Shown here one piece after another: positions 1-15,774 of a stretch of 64,000 bases of DNA. Positions within the stretch are counted from its first letter, which is position 1; every line of letters starts with the position of its first letter. The position numbers and the translations under genes were made by a program. The notes under the pieces were generated by a model. It was not told the DNA's origin and ran no database searches. It saw only the letters and a program-made list of their open reading frames with translations. The stretch comes from Eledone cirrhosa (taxonomy: Eukaryota): assembly GCA_964016885.1 (NCBI GenBank), contig OZ024751.1, positions 16,988,001 to 17,052,000 on the forward strand. Direction: 5' to 3'.

Positions 1-39
1 GTCATATCATACTTAAGTTGTTCCCATCTAACTTTCTCT

Positions 40-95
40 CTGCTTGTCTCTCTAACTCTCTCTGTCCCCCCATCCCTCTCTCTCTCTCTGTCCCC

Positions 96-143
<48 letters not shown>

Positions 144-144
144 A

Positions 145-187
<43 letters not shown>

Positions 188-195
188 ATATATAT
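40..195. repeat. (CT)n/(TATC)n microsatellite
   Basis: Directly visible tandem di- and tetranucleotide runs. Confidence 0.95.
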
Positions 196-1034
196 CACAT
201 AATATAGCTGTTTTGATATTCCAAATGTGAGAAAACGAGCTTTGCTACCATCAATTTTTTTCTTATACGCATATATATATAATTTCCTTCCCACGCACGC
301 GCGCACATGTATATGTACACACACATGTACATGTACATGTGTATGTATAGGTTATATACAGAATATTAATAACAATGTTTGATTCGTTTGTAAACAAACA
401 CCCCCATCTGAAGCTGTGCCCTGCCGGTGACCGATCACCACCTGCTTATTCAACACTACTTTGAGGAACTATCAACATGTTTCTGTGCTAAGGCTAGAAA
501 TAAAATTCTAATTTTATCTTATTTCCCATTCTTTCTCCTGATGAATGACCACCGCCCGAAACATTAAGACCCTTTTCTTGCTATTTCAAGCGTTAACCTT
601 ATATATTCTTTTCATTTACTGTACCGATTGTGTTGTTATTTCTGTTTACCTTTTACATATATATGCCATTTGGAAATAGCTGAATTATGGCAATTTAACT
701 AATGTGTTTGTATCACAAGATATTATATATAACTGTCAAGAAATATGGTCGATGCAATCGACATTCCTCTCAGAACAATTTCTTAAATCTACTGACCTTG
801 TGCTTAAATTAGATACGATTATTTGTTATTTTAAGATTGCTTTCGTCTAAGGAGGAAGAGGATAGAGAAATTAAAAAAAATAAGATAATATAGCACGTCT
901 CATGACAGATGTTCAAATAAAGTGATATTGGATAACGGAAAAAAACAACTTGTGTTTAACAATTTCAACTGTTTGAAGAGCAGACAAAAAATATTTATTT
1001 AAGTTATAAGAGGGACAGTTGCTTAGATACTAAC

Positions 1035-1054
1035 TATATATCTGTGCGCATATA

Positions 1055-1099
<45 letters not shown>

Positions 1100-1150
1100 T
1101 ATAAACCTATGCATTTGCATACACATACGTGTATGCATGAATTTTCGTAT

Positions 1151-1211
<61 letters not shown>

Positions 1212-1288
1212 ATATATATATGTGTGTATATATATGTGTGTGTGTATGTGTGTGTGTGTGTATATATATGTGTGTGTGTATATATATA

Positions 1289-1319
<31 letters not shown>

Positions 1320-1400
1320 GTGCGTGTGTGTGTATATATGTATGTGTGTGCATGTATGTATATGTGTGTGTGTATATATGTATGTGTGTGCGTGTATATA
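1035..1400. repeat. (TA)n/(TG)n compound microsatellite
   Basis: Directly visible. Confidence 0.95.
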
Positions 1401-1770
1401 TAACAGTAAAACATTAAATCAATGAATACGTACGTGTATGTCTGTCTGAATATGTGTAAAGATATGTGCCTATACATTCATGTATATGTGAGCAAAGAGG
1501 GTACCCGATTGGGACCCATGCATGTGATTTATGAGTTGTTTATAGGTAAGTTTGAGTTATGTGTGCATTTGCCCAGATTAGTTTGCAAGTTAGTATTTGT
1601 CCTCTCTGAAAAATCGATCCGAAACCATCATAGCTGAGAGAAGACCAACATGATGAGAAATGATTGATGTGGTTATCACTGGCTGCTCCTTGTGTCGATG
1701 CTTACCCCATCTCGTCCACAGAGTGCATCTCATTGTTACCATCTAGTCAACTGTGTAATATACAGGGTGA

Positions 1771-1850
1771 GCCAGAATTCACGATTCACTTGGTTATTTA
1801 TAGATCTATTAACACTAAATGTTATAAAACAAGTGAAGGAATATAATACC
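1771..1850 (+). mobile_element. Possible Tc1/mariner-type terminal fragment
   Basis: Begins TA|CAGGGTG, a common Tc1/mariner TIR start; no matching second TIR found. Confidence 0.3.
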
Positions 1851-3119
1851 ATATACAAGCACTGGGAGTGAAAAACCCCTAGCTTTTGTCAGGGCATTCT
1901 TCTAGGAGAAGGCAACTCAGGAAACTGGGATAACTCCGAGATAAAACCTGAGATTTAGTAGTTACCGATGATGTTGATCTTTTCTTCGCGTCGAGTTATG
2001 GCTACTGTCGTTCAGAGAGTGAGATTGGCTCAGTGCACAGTCTTTCCTCATTAAAAAAATATCTTCACGCACAGGCATTGAAAGATAGAATTAATTAATA
2101 ATGGTGTATCGTGCAATGGGCATACTCGATAAGGAGGAGGGGAAGCTATCATATGTAAGAATATATAAATATAAACACGCACACATAGACACACTTATAA
2201 AAATACACGCTCACATGCATGCATTCACACAAATACGCACATATTTACACAAACACACACATACACATACATTCACACACAGCGTAGCAAATGTAACGCC
2301 AACTGCTGTTTTGCTATAGTTTTTTTCACATCCAGCTACTTCCTTTAACGCACACATACATTCACACACGCAGAGACACACACACACATACATTGTTCGA
2401 CGGGCGGACGGAAGCCGCTCAAATTTATATATAGATAGTGTAATTTATTTATGGAGTCACTGTTCTATTTTGTAATTTTTTCTCTCTTTCTGAAATATGA
2501 AATTTTGATTCAATAATATGCTTACATGTAAGTGATTTCTTGTATAATTTATTGACGTGTATGAAGGCGTATCTCACATGGAGTATTTAATTCTTTACAC
2601 ATAATTCATTGATGATAGAATGCTTTAAGTGTCTTTTCTATGCGATGCATTTTTTTTTACATCAAAACATTCAGCAAACATTCAATAATCGTTGAACCAA
2701 TAACCATGATTTAATTATCTTTATAAATAACAAATATTTATTTTTGCAATTGTAATTGCTTAGATGTACCACATAATTTTACCCACGCTTCAAATATTAT
2801 TGCTGTCATGATGTTATGTTTTTACATCAAAAGATTGAGAGATTCTGTAAATATTGAATCTCCAAGCAATGTTTATTGATCTGTATAAATGACAAATATT
2901 TTTGTGAATTAACCTTTTAGATGCGTTACAAAGAATTCTTAAGTAGAACATACGAGCTCACGCATAAAATATTACTGTTGTGTCCATGTTACCTTTATAT
3001 ATAATATGATATTTATTTTTATTGAGAAAACAATTAGTTCAAAATAAAATGTAGTGTTTCTTGGCGCTCTATTTTACGGATGCTAATCAACCTTACATAC
3101 CAAAGAAATTAGCAGAAAC

Positions 3120-3194
<75 letters not shown>

Positions 3195-3252
3195 TAACAG
3201 ATTAGAGTTTCAGAAGATCCCGTTAAGTGTGAAAGAAACGATTCTTTGGTTA

Positions 3253-3324
<72 letters not shown>

Positions 3325-3334
3325 ATATATATAT

Positions 3335-3392
<58 letters not shown>

Positions 3393-3460
3393 ATATATAT
3401 ATTTAGATGTACATATATATATATAAATATATATTTATATGTATATATATATAAATATAT

Positions 3461-3517
<57 letters not shown>

Positions 3518-3538
3518 AATATATATATATAAATATAT

Positions 3539-3685
<147 letters not shown>

Positions 3686-3727
3686 AATATATATATATAA
3701 ATATATATATATAAATATATATATATA

Positions 3728-3761
<34 letters not shown>

Positions 3762-3827
3762 AATATATATATATAAATATATATATATAAATATATATAT
3801 GTAAATATATATATATATATATATATA

Positions 3828-3861
<34 letters not shown>

Positions 3862-3875
3862 AATATATATATATA

Positions 3876-3943
<68 letters not shown>

Positions 3944-3957
3944 AATATATATATATA

Positions 3958-5089
<1,132 letters not shown>

Positions 5090-5098
5090 TATATATAT

Positions 5099-5907
<809 letters not shown>

Positions 5908-5935
5908 TATATATATTTATTATATATATATATAG

Positions 5936-6308
5936 CCAGTTTTAGAATTCCCTTTTTCGGATTATAATACTGTGAGAGCCCTGGTTTTCTGTTGAGCTCT
6001 GCTGATGAATGAAATAGTCTTTCCATGAAATAGTCTTTTAAGACTATACAGAGCATTTGATGTTATTCCAAATTGTAGGATGAGTGTTTTAAACTTTATT
6101 TTATCATGAGATAAAGGTCTATTGATTTTTCCCTGGATTGCACTAAATTCTATGGATGAATTTGTATCCTGATTCTCTTTTGAGATGAGTTTGAATTATT
6201 TTTCCTAAATCTTACGTTAACTACTTTTCCCATCTTGACGTTATAGTCGCATATATGTTATAGAATGCTGTTAGCTTCTCGCTAAAACAATCTCTATACC
6301 TCTCATTT
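5936..6308 (-). mobile_element. 5' fragment of the PLE family found at 34.4-37.2 kb
   Basis: Reverse complement aligns by eye with 34363-34720 (GCGAGAAGCTAACAG...ATGGGAAA..GTTAAC...GAATCAGGATACA...CAGCAGAGCTCAAC). Confidence 0.7.
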
Positions 6309-6498
6309 ATATATGTATATATATGTATATATTTATTATATATATATATATGTATATGTATATATTTATTATATATATATATATATATGTATATATTTAT
6401 TATATATATATATATATGTATATATTTATTATATATATATATATGTACATATATATATATGTATATATATTTATTATTATTATTACTATATGTATAAA

Positions 6499-6686
6499 GG
6501 GCGGTGGATTGGCAGTATCGGTAGAGGGTCAGACACCATGCTTTCCAGTATAGTTACGTCCCTTTACGATCTGAGTTCAAATCCCGCCGAGGTTGACTTT
6601 GCCTTTCATCCTTACGGGGTCGTTAAAATAAAGTACCAGTAATGCACTGGGTAATTGCTGGCCTTGTGCCTAAAGTAGAAACAATT
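6499..6686 (+). mobile_element. tRNA-derived SINE
   Basis: A-box-like TGGCAGTATCGG, B-box GAGTTCAAATCC, conserved body GACTTTGCCTTTCATCCTTACGGGGTCG..AAAATAAAGTACCAG (resembles the MetaSINE central domain); about 11 copies in the window. Confidence 0.9.
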
Positions 6687-6702
6687 ATTACTATATATAT
6701 AT

Positions 6703-6945
6703 AGTAAGGATATTTTCGAGACAGCGAGTTGATTTGAAATTATTAGAAATGTAAGCTATCGCCGTATTTTGACTAAAGAAATTCAAGAAATTGTTTAGCC
6801 TGATAGTGGGGTTAAGAACCCTCGGAGAAATGGAAGAAGATGAGTATTAACGTCCATGGCAGTCGAACCCACATCTTAGGTTATCCGGACCACATCTTTT
6901 TCCATTTCTCCGAGGGTTCTTAACCCCACTATCAGGCTAAATAAT
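6703..6945. mobile_element. Fold-back repeat with tRNA-like segment (related copy 14050-14283)
   Basis: Inverted arms about 6793-6842 and 6892-6943; minus-strand T-arm-like GTGGGTTCGACTGCCAT; embedded in (TA)n. Confidence 0.6.
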
Positions 6946-6972
6946 ATATATATATATATATATATAAATAAA

Positions 6973-7181
6973 TTATCGAGAAATGGAATCTCAGCCCACG
7001 AAATAATGAAGCACAATCTTCGAAATGCGTGGCAAAGTGGTCAATAGTTTGGATAAACCAGAGCTATAACTAACGTTTAAATACCAACACACAGAGACAA
7101 TGCTTAAAATCATTCGCACAGCCGAAAAAACGACCAAGAAAATTCGGGTCAGACAAATAATAATATAATTGAATGAAGAAT

Positions 7182-7185
<4 letters not shown>
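6973..7185 (+). repeat. About 210-bp dispersed repeat (other copies 8655-8875 minus, 54233-54460 plus, 54528-54725 plus)
   Basis: Shared blocks TGGATAAACCAGAGCTATAAC, CCAACACACAGAGA, GCCGAAAAAACGACCAAGAA.ATTCGGGTCA; each copy abuts (TA)n. Confidence 0.8.
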
Positions 7186-7245
<60 letters not shown>

Positions 7246-7658
7246 TATTTCATTTCTGGCAATATCATAACAATATGACCCTCCCCAAATATAACATATA
7301 TATATATATATAGGCTGACCGGACTAGAAGCTTCTAAATGTTCGGACGCCTTCTTGTCTCTGCTTTTCAGCCCCATGGATTTTGTCTATTATATTCCTTT
7401 GCGAAATTTCGAATAACTGGTGATGTCACCGGATTCATACTGAACCCGGTCACTGAAATGATCATAGCATAATAAACCTTTTAAGGAATTACACCAGTCC
7501 TGCCTCCTGTTATATTATAATAATTAACTCCGTACTCGCACCACCAAGAACACAAACAAAGACGGGTGAGTTGCATTACGTCGAGTGCTCTACCTAATAT
7601 TACATCATGATTCACCATACGGAATGACCAGTTCTATCCAGTGGTGAACCAACAAACC

Positions 7659-7685
<27 letters not shown>

Positions 7686-7695
<10 letters not shown>

Positions 7696-8632
7696 ACGTA
7701 CATACATATATGTATACAGACGTACAGTAGTATGTATATATACATACATGCACACATATATATATGTACGTATGGATTCACCGAACATTTATTATAATGC
7801 TCGGTGTGTTTGTAAACAAGCATCCTGTATTAAGCAGTAGTGTATAGCAACCCTGGTTGCTCGTTTGTTCAACACTGACAAAGGAACGCTGTACTAATTT
7901 CAAGCATATTAGCTATCGTCAGCAACATATACCTTCCTGCCAGATGATTGAACGTATGAAAGTATATACTTTCCTTATGCATATTAACGGCGGATGAGTA
8001 GCCCAATTTGCATATCGAGTGGGTTTATCGGCCGGGTGCACCGAAAACGATAAACGTAAAACATGAAACGAAATTTCATTTCCCACTCTTAGTACGGCTG
8101 TTACTTAAATATATGTATGTATACGTACATATATATATGTATACAGACGCACAGTAGTATGTATATATATACATACATGCACACATATATATATATGTAC
8201 GTATGCAATGGTGCACCCGGCCGATTAACCCACTCGATATGCAAATTGGGCTACTCAGCCGTTAATATGCATAAGGAAAGTATATACTTTCATACGTTCA
8301 ACCATCTGGCAGGAAGGTATACGTTGCTGACGATAGCTAATAAGCTTGAAACTAGTACAGCGTTCCTTTGTCAGTGTTGAACAAACGAGCAACGACGGTT
8401 GCTAGACATTACGGCTTAATACGGGATGTTTGTTTACAAACACACCGAGCGTTATAATACATATTCGGTGAATCCATGCGTACATATATATATATGTGTG
8501 CATGTTTGTATATATATATACATACTACTGTACGTCTGTATACATATATGTATGAACGTATACATACATATATTTAAGTAACAGCCGTACTAAGAGTGGG
8601 AAATGAAATTTCGTTTCATTTTTTCCGTTTAT
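7686..8632. mobile_element. Partial tandem plus inverted copies of an approximately 425-bp HHR-bearing unit
   Basis: Blocks A(7686-7775) B(7775-8043) C(8043-8110) A(8110-8205), then inverted B'A'C' (8210-8632); block C recurs at 44358-44412. Confidence 0.75.
8322..8362 (+). ncRNA. Minimal type I hammerhead ribozyme (mirror copy 7887-7927, minus)
   Basis: CGTTG CTGACGA T-AGCT-AATA-AGCT-T GAA ACTAGT A CAGCG: stem I CGTTG/CAGCG, palindromic stem III ACTAGT, triplet GTA. Confidence 0.8.
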
Positions 8633-8872
8633 ACATATATATATATATATATTTTTACATTCATATGATTTATTGATATTTTATCTGAGTGACCCGAATC
8701 TTCCTGATCGTAATTTTTCGGTCGCATGGGTGATTTTAGACATAATCTTTGTGTGTTGGTATTTTAACGATAGTTATAGCTCTGATTTATCTGAATTATT
8801 GAGCCCTCTGCCACTCATGTCGAATTTGTTTATTGTAAACTCGTGAGCCGATTTTTCGATACTCGATTATTC

Positions 8873-8907
<35 letters not shown>

Positions 8908-9344
8908 ATAATTAAATCAAGTTCTAATATGATTATAAACCCAATCTTGATTAGCTCGAACAAGAATAAGTATTCAGCACACACACATGTATGTATATAT
9001 ATACATATATATATAAATCCCTAAAATATGTTCCGAATTAAACAGCATAACATGAGTGTAGGTTGAACTAACGGGGAAACTGAAACCTGTTCTCGGTGTA
9101 AACTTGATCCTATTCTTTGTAAAATTCTAAAACGTTCAATTATAGCTTAAATTAAATTTCCCATCGTCCGACTGCCCTTGTGAACGTTCGGATCGGTCTC
9201 CAGCCAGCTGCGCGGACCAATGGTCTGGAGTGTAGATGGCTGTATGTTTCGTTGGTATGATGAATATGTCTAACCGGTAGGGCTGGCTGGCTGGCTGACT
9301 GTACAGTGGTTATTTAGCAATGGCTTGTCTAGTAAATGAACGAA

Positions 9345-9620
9345 GCGGCAACCTGGTGCAGACTAAGACTTATCCAGGCTCTTCTGCACTTCGTGCCCAA
9401 ATATCGGTTATTCTCCGATAGGTTTGCGGTGGACCCCGTAGCAGTGGAAACTTCTGGTGTGTTTAGCCCGAGGACCACCTACCTACTCACCACCATCGCC
9501 AAGGTGTTGGCTACTCGCAGGTGTTAGCCTCACGAGCTGGAATGGCGCTTCCAACGCCTCTCCCTCACTATTCTCCCGGGATACGCCTTTCTTTATTCTG
9601 TTCGGCATGGCAGTAGCGCG
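9345..9620 (+). mobile_element. Degenerate 3' fragment of CRE-like non-LTR retrotransposon
   Basis: Encodes KYRLFSDRFAVDPVAVETSGVFSPRTTYLL; homologous to the 51650-51960 minus-strand region. Confidence 0.75.
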
Positions 9621-9834
9621 GGCTGCGCATGCGCCCTCAATTGCTCATAATAGTGATAGATGAGAGGAGCGAGAAAGACGGAAGAAGTGAAAGAACATCA
9701 ACGCTATGCTATGTTCCAAACACCAGATAAATAATGAGAAATTAAGTTATATAATATCTAGTGAACACAGGTAAACGCTGAACATGCCCTATCTTTTTGT
9801 TTTTTCAATGGATAGATATACCAGATGTTCGAAA

Positions 9835-10440
9835 GAGGGGTAGATGGCTGGCTGGTTGGTTGACTAGCTGGATTGCTGGATGGTTGGTTCGATGGCCGGA
9901 TACATGGATTGGTGGTTGATGCATGGATGGTTGGCTAGCTGGATTCATGGATGGTTGGATGGAATAATGGTTGGCTAGCTGGATAGCAATATGGATTCAT
10001 GGATGGTTGGTTGAATGGATGGTTGACTGGTGCGTTGGCTAGACAGTCATGGTTGGCTGGCTGGCTGGTTAGCTAGATTTTTTCATGGATGGATGGTTGA
10101 ATGAATGGTTGACTGGCTCGTTGGCGAGACCGATTCATGGATGGATGGTTGGTTGGAGTGATTGATGGTTGACTGGCTGGTTGGCTTGACGGATTCATAG
10201 TTGGTTGGATGGATCCAAGGATGAATGGATGGTTGGCTAACTGGCTGGTTTCCAGGCCGGATCCAAAGATGAATAGATGGTTGGCTAATCGGTTTCATGG
10301 ATAAATAGTGGGATGGACAAATAGATGGATGGTTGGCTGGTTGTTTGGCTAGCTGGTTTCATAGATGGATGGTTAGGGTGAATGGTTGACTGGATGGTTC
10401 GCTAGCTGGATTCATGGATGGATTGTAGTATGGATGGTAC
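9835..10440. repeat. Degenerate (TGGA)n/(TGGC)n/(TGGT)n repeat
   Basis: Directly visible. Confidence 0.85.
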
Positions 10441-10581
10441 TACACTTGAAACTGACGTTATATATTAACTATAGTTCAAGACATGGTAATTCAATCACGA
10501 CGGTAATTGAATTACTCGGTGAAACGTGTTCGAATTTAATTAAATATAATTACATTATCATTGTTACTATTATCATTATGA

Positions 10582-10584
<3 letters not shown>

Positions 10585-10635
<51 letters not shown>

Positions 10636-11004
10636 TTATATATACCTATATATATATTCACATATATATATACCTATATATATATTCACATATATATATA
10701 CCTATATATATATTCACATATATATACCTATATATACCTATATATATATATACCTATATATATATATATTCACATATATATATATATATATATACATTCA
10801 CATACGTACAGACGCACATACATACATATATATATGTAAATATACACACATATATATGTGTCTGTATGTATATTTGTATGTATGTAGATAGCTATATGTA
10901 TGTATGTATATATATATACATATATATATGTAAATATACACACATATATATGTGCCTGTATGTATATTTGTATGTATGTAGATAGCTATATATATGTATC
11001 TATG

Positions 11005-11061
<57 letters not shown>

Positions 11062-11071
11062 CTATGTATAT

Positions 11072-11127
<56 letters not shown>

Positions 11128-11132
11128 CTATG

Positions 11133-11179
<47 letters not shown>

Positions 11180-11280
11180 CTATGTATATATATATATATA
11201 TATATACATATATATATGTATATATATGTATGTATCTATGTATATATATATATACATATATATATGTATATATATATATG

Positions 11281-11318
<38 letters not shown>

Positions 11319-11325
11319 TATACAC
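10585..11325. repeat. (TA)n-derived compound microsatellite
   Basis: Directly visible. Confidence 0.95.
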
Positions 11326-11887
11326 ATCTCTACTACCGCGCCACTGTAATCTAATTACGACATGCTATTTCCCCGAAGTAAAACGCATTTAAATTTCTAT
11401 GACATGGACATTTTCTCTTGATGACATTTTTTACTTCCCTCTAATAAAAAAAAAATCTATTTCAACACTATCAAATCGACATTTAAGGATTTCATTGCAG
11501 TTATGTTTTTATTTATATATTTTTATTCAGCTAAAAAACAATAAATCATTCCGTTTTACGTTTATAAATAATCTTTTTTTTATGTTGTCACGATATCAAA
11601 GTTTCTTTGTTCCCTTATAATCTTAAATATATTCTGTTAAGAGAATTGTAAGGGCATCATGACTAAGGCTGTTGAAAGGGCTCCGAGTTCAAATCAGGCT
11701 AGTGATGTGCATTTTACAGTGACGCATCTGCCATGAATGGAAAGAACTAAGGAAATGTAGTTTTCTTGGTTAAATCTAACTCTTCATTTCTTTGTTTAAT
11801 CTTCTAAGTAAGGGACGAGACTCTGTATGTTAAATTCGTTCTCCAAAGATCATGAAGATTATATTTTAATTTTATTGCCAATATAAT

Positions 11888-12268
11888 AATTGTTTCTACT
11901 TTTGGCACAATGCCAGCAATTACCCCAGTGTATTACTGGTACTTTATTTTATTGACACCGTAAGGATGAAAGGCAAAGTTAACCTCGGCGGGATTTGAAG
12001 TCAGACCATAAGGGGCCGTAACTCTATGCTACGAAGCATGGCGCCGACCCTCTACCGATACTTTCAATCCCCCAACATAATAATTGTTTCTAATTTTGGC
12101 ACAAGGCCAGCAATTAGTTCAGTGTATTACTGGTACTTTATTTTATCGACACCGTAAGGATGAAAGGCAAAGTTAACCTCGGCAGGATTTGAACTCATAT
12201 CATGAAGGGCTGTAACTCTATGCTGCAAAGCATGGCGTCCGGCTCTCTACCGATACTGACAATCCCCA
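11888..12268 (-). mobile_element. Two tandem tRNA-derived SINE copies (11888-12073, 12081-12268)
   Basis: Reverse complements of the 6499-6686 family. Confidence 0.9.
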
Positions 12269-12518
12269 ATATAATGATATAACCTGTGAGGCACGCCATT
12301 TCCCTCTCCTTATTTCGTTATGAAATCATCAGGACATTCATCATATCATGCAAATGAAACGGTTCTAGTCCACTAGAAGTCATTTCTATGGCTACACTCT
12401 ACCAAATTATTCAGGCACACACCCACACACACACACACACACACACAGATATATACATACATACATACATACATATGAAAAATAGATGCATATACATGTT
12501 TATTAATTTAATAATTAA

Positions 12519-12706
12519 GGGCGGTGAATTGGCAGTATCGGTAGAGGGTCGGACGCCATGCTTTCACGCATAGTTACGGCCCTTGTCATTCTGAGTTCAA
12601 ATCCCGCCGAGGTTAACTTTGCCTTTCATCCTTACGAGGTCGATAAAATAAAGTACCAGTAATACACTGGGAAATTGCTGGCCTTGTGCCAAAAGTAGAA
12701 ACAATT
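12519..12706 (+). mobile_element. tRNA-derived SINE
   Basis: Same family as 6499-6686. Confidence 0.9.
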
Positions 12707-12892
12707 AATTTAATAGTTAAGTGTTGAGTCTTGGTACTCTAATGTCTTAACTGCGCGCGCCTAGCTGAAATTCGAGCGTATGAAACCTCACCTCTTAGAC
12801 ATTAAATTGATATTTTAAACTCTACTTCAGTATTTTTCTCATCTACGTTTATACAGCATACAGACAGACAGACACACACACACACGCACACG

Positions 12893-12924
<32 letters not shown>

Positions 12925-13189
12925 ATATGTAAAGCCATATCAGTGTAAACAATAATCTAGACGTTCTGTAGGAAAGTAGAACGTAATTTAAGTAAAATCA
13001 GCAAATAATAATGTAACATATTTGAATAGAATATGATAGTTTCAAGAAATATGTAATAATAACAAGCAATGATTCTGGCACAAGGCCAGCAATATATAGA
13101 GGAAATGCAGCTCTCCTTGCGTTCAGATTTCTAATTATTTCCCATGAATATATATATATATAAAGGTAATGAAGATATAACAAATCGTC

Positions 13190-13220
<31 letters not shown>

Positions 13221-13244
13221 ATCGGAGACAAGATTACATAGGAA

Positions 13245-13336
13245 ATATATGTGATGATCTTTCGATTACAAAGTCAGGTTCGATCAATAATAGGTCATTC
13301 TTCGAGCTGACCGATAGTGAAACATATGTAATATGT
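13245..13336 (+). ncRNA. Degenerate hammerhead (family of 53909-54139)
   Basis: ATATAT GTGATGA ... GAA ACATATGT A ATATGT; C3 mutated to G; the stem II interior resembles 54058-54120. Confidence 0.45.
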
Positions 13337-14049
13337 AATGATGCAACACTGAATCCGTGTGTTCTTTATTCTTATAGTATATATATATATATATAGGTTA
13401 GTAGAGTGGATACTAGCTGTTGAAACGGCCGGAGCTCAGCCGTCGGGGTCCGACACTTTTCATATATATATATATAGTTTGTTTAACAGATCTGTCTATG
13501 ATTGGATGGACATATTTGGAATTACGGCCATTTAAATATAACTTATTGGTTATTGTTTTGTGAGTATTGATTTTTTTATTTAACACCTTAAATTGTATTG
13601 ATTACTAAACGTATCATCATCATCATCATTTTACGTCCACTTTTCCCTGCGTGCAAGGGTTGGACGGGTCCTATTCAACACAGCATCTCTCCACTTGTCA
13701 CAGTCCTTCATCATCTCCACCGTGAGCTTCAGGGATCTGAGGTATGCTCTCACCACCTCCGCCCATGTTTTAAATACTATCGTTTAAAATTACTTTATAT
13801 TATAGATGCTCTTAACAAAATTTAATTGAGCTTTTATTGGGAAACATTATCTGAATATATTTTATATGTAATGATTACACCTAAAATTAAATTATATACC
13901 ATTTAAGTTAGTTTGATTGCCAATGGGTAGAACTGGTGTTTCTGGTTGTTACATTATGATGAAACAACAAAGCACTCAACGCTATGTAAGTAAGCCATCT
14001 TAGATGTGGTATCCAGTGGTTGGAATATATATATATATATATGTAAGTA

Positions 14050-14283
14050 TGTTTTGAAACAGTGAGTGAGTTTGAAATTAGAAAATATATAGCTTTCACC
14101 GTATTTTGACTAAAGGAATTTTAGCTTGATAACGGGGTTTAGAACCCTCAGATAAATGGAAAAAGATGAGTATTGACGTACATCAATACTCATCTTTTTC
14201 CATTTATCTGAGGGTTCTAAACCCCGTTATCAAGCTAAAATTCCTTTAGTTAAAATACGGTGAAAGCTATATATTTTCTAATA
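14050..14283. mobile_element. Palindromic repeat, family of 6703-6945
   Basis: Near-perfect arms about 14077-14177 and 14184-14283 around GAGTATTGA-CGTACA-TCAATACTC. Confidence 0.75.
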
Positions 14284-14335
14284 TATATATATATATTATA
14301 TTAACGAATGGAAACTATATTTATAAAACCATATT

Positions 14336-14400
14336 TATTTTATTATACATATTTCAAGGGCCACCAAGCAAACTATGGTGCGCTTTCATCAGCTAAAATA
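14336..14400 (-). ncRNA. Type I hammerhead (family of 32371-32436) in a pLTR-like fragment about 14300-14740
   Basis: TATTTTAG CTGATGA AAG.CACCA...TGGTG.CTT GAA ATATGTAT A ATAAAATA; first pair of stem I mismatched. Confidence 0.6.
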
Positions 14401-15375
14401 TAATATAGATTAGTTTTATAAATAAATATTGACATACCCTGAAAAAATGCAACCATTCTGGTTGGAATCTCCTGCATAGTGGAGTTATTAGATTTATTGT
14501 TGGTTTATTATGCAAATTAGTGTCGGAAAGGTTTAAATAACAGTATATTTAAATTAAGCCGTTGGAATAGGGGAAAAAAAAGAAAGAAAGAGAAAAAAGA
14601 GAAAAAACGAAAGAAAGAAAGAGAAAAAACCTTAGTATATTTAAGTGAGAGAGAATAGCGTAATTTTGAGAGAAGAGGCGAAGAAATAAATATAGCGTGG
14701 ATGAATACCGCAGCATGGATAAACAATAATAAAGATAAGTTGAAGAATTTTATCTAATGTTTAATTAATAAGTTTGATTAAATGCTTAATTAATAATTTA
14801 TCAATTCAATCCGTTGTTTAAATGTGTATGTTAGATTATTAAAGTTGAGACCTATATATTATTAAAGAATATATATTATTAAAATATATATTATTAGAAA
14901 ATATGTTATTATTACAAAACCATATATAATTTTATTAATTATTAATTAATTATTTAAACAAATTTGTAAGTTTAAAATATCCGAATATTTCTAAGCTCAT
15001 GGAAATTCCGAGAGTTTACAGAAGAATAATCCCTTATTTGTAATAGCAGTAGAGCGTAAAGGAAATTGCTAGCGATTTATTAATAATTTAGATAACTCTA
15101 AGGATTAAATGCTATCAAGTTAAGATGTTAAAAATAAAATTTTCCACCTTAATAATGTAATTAGAGTATGAATTTTATGTTATTTTATAGCAAGTTATAA
15201 TTTTATAACTCTACCTGTTATGAAGTTATGACTGTTAAAAACATAAATTTGTTTTTAACATTTAAAAATTCTTTCATAGGAATATATCTAAAGCATAAAC
15301 CATAAAAAACTCTTTCATAAGAGTATATCTATAGAATATATTTAAAGTATAAATTTTATATATATATAAACATTT

Positions 15376-15419
<44 letters not shown>

Positions 15420-15737
15420 AGCATTTGAAAAATACATAAATACAAAATATACAATATAAAATATGAATTATAATTTAAAAAAATGAATTTAATTTAAAAA
15501 AAATATAAGAATATAGAAAATAAAATACACAGTATAAAATATGAATTATGAATTATAATTTCCTTGTACCCATCATAGGAATTAAAAAAAAAATCCTTCT
15601 TCAAATCTTTCAGTACGTTTATCAAGAAAAGTTTTTCAAGAAAATAATCTTTTTAAGAGAGTTATAAGCAGTCATATGAAGGAATCTAATGAATTATCGA
15701 TAGGTTTAATAAAGATGAGTTATATATTACATTTTGC

Positions 15738-15774
<37 letters not shown>

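Noticed and set aside
530-572. CTGATGA...CGAAAC hammerhead-like motif
   Set aside because: Stems II and III do not pair convincingly; at most a decayed relic, not counted.
6499-6600. tRNA gene
   Set aside because: A/B boxes belong to a multi-copy SINE head; no complete cloverleaf.
7417-7466. CTGGTGA..stem II..GAAATGATCATA hammerhead-like motif
   Set aside because: A6 mutated and no stem I pairing; probable relic, not counted.
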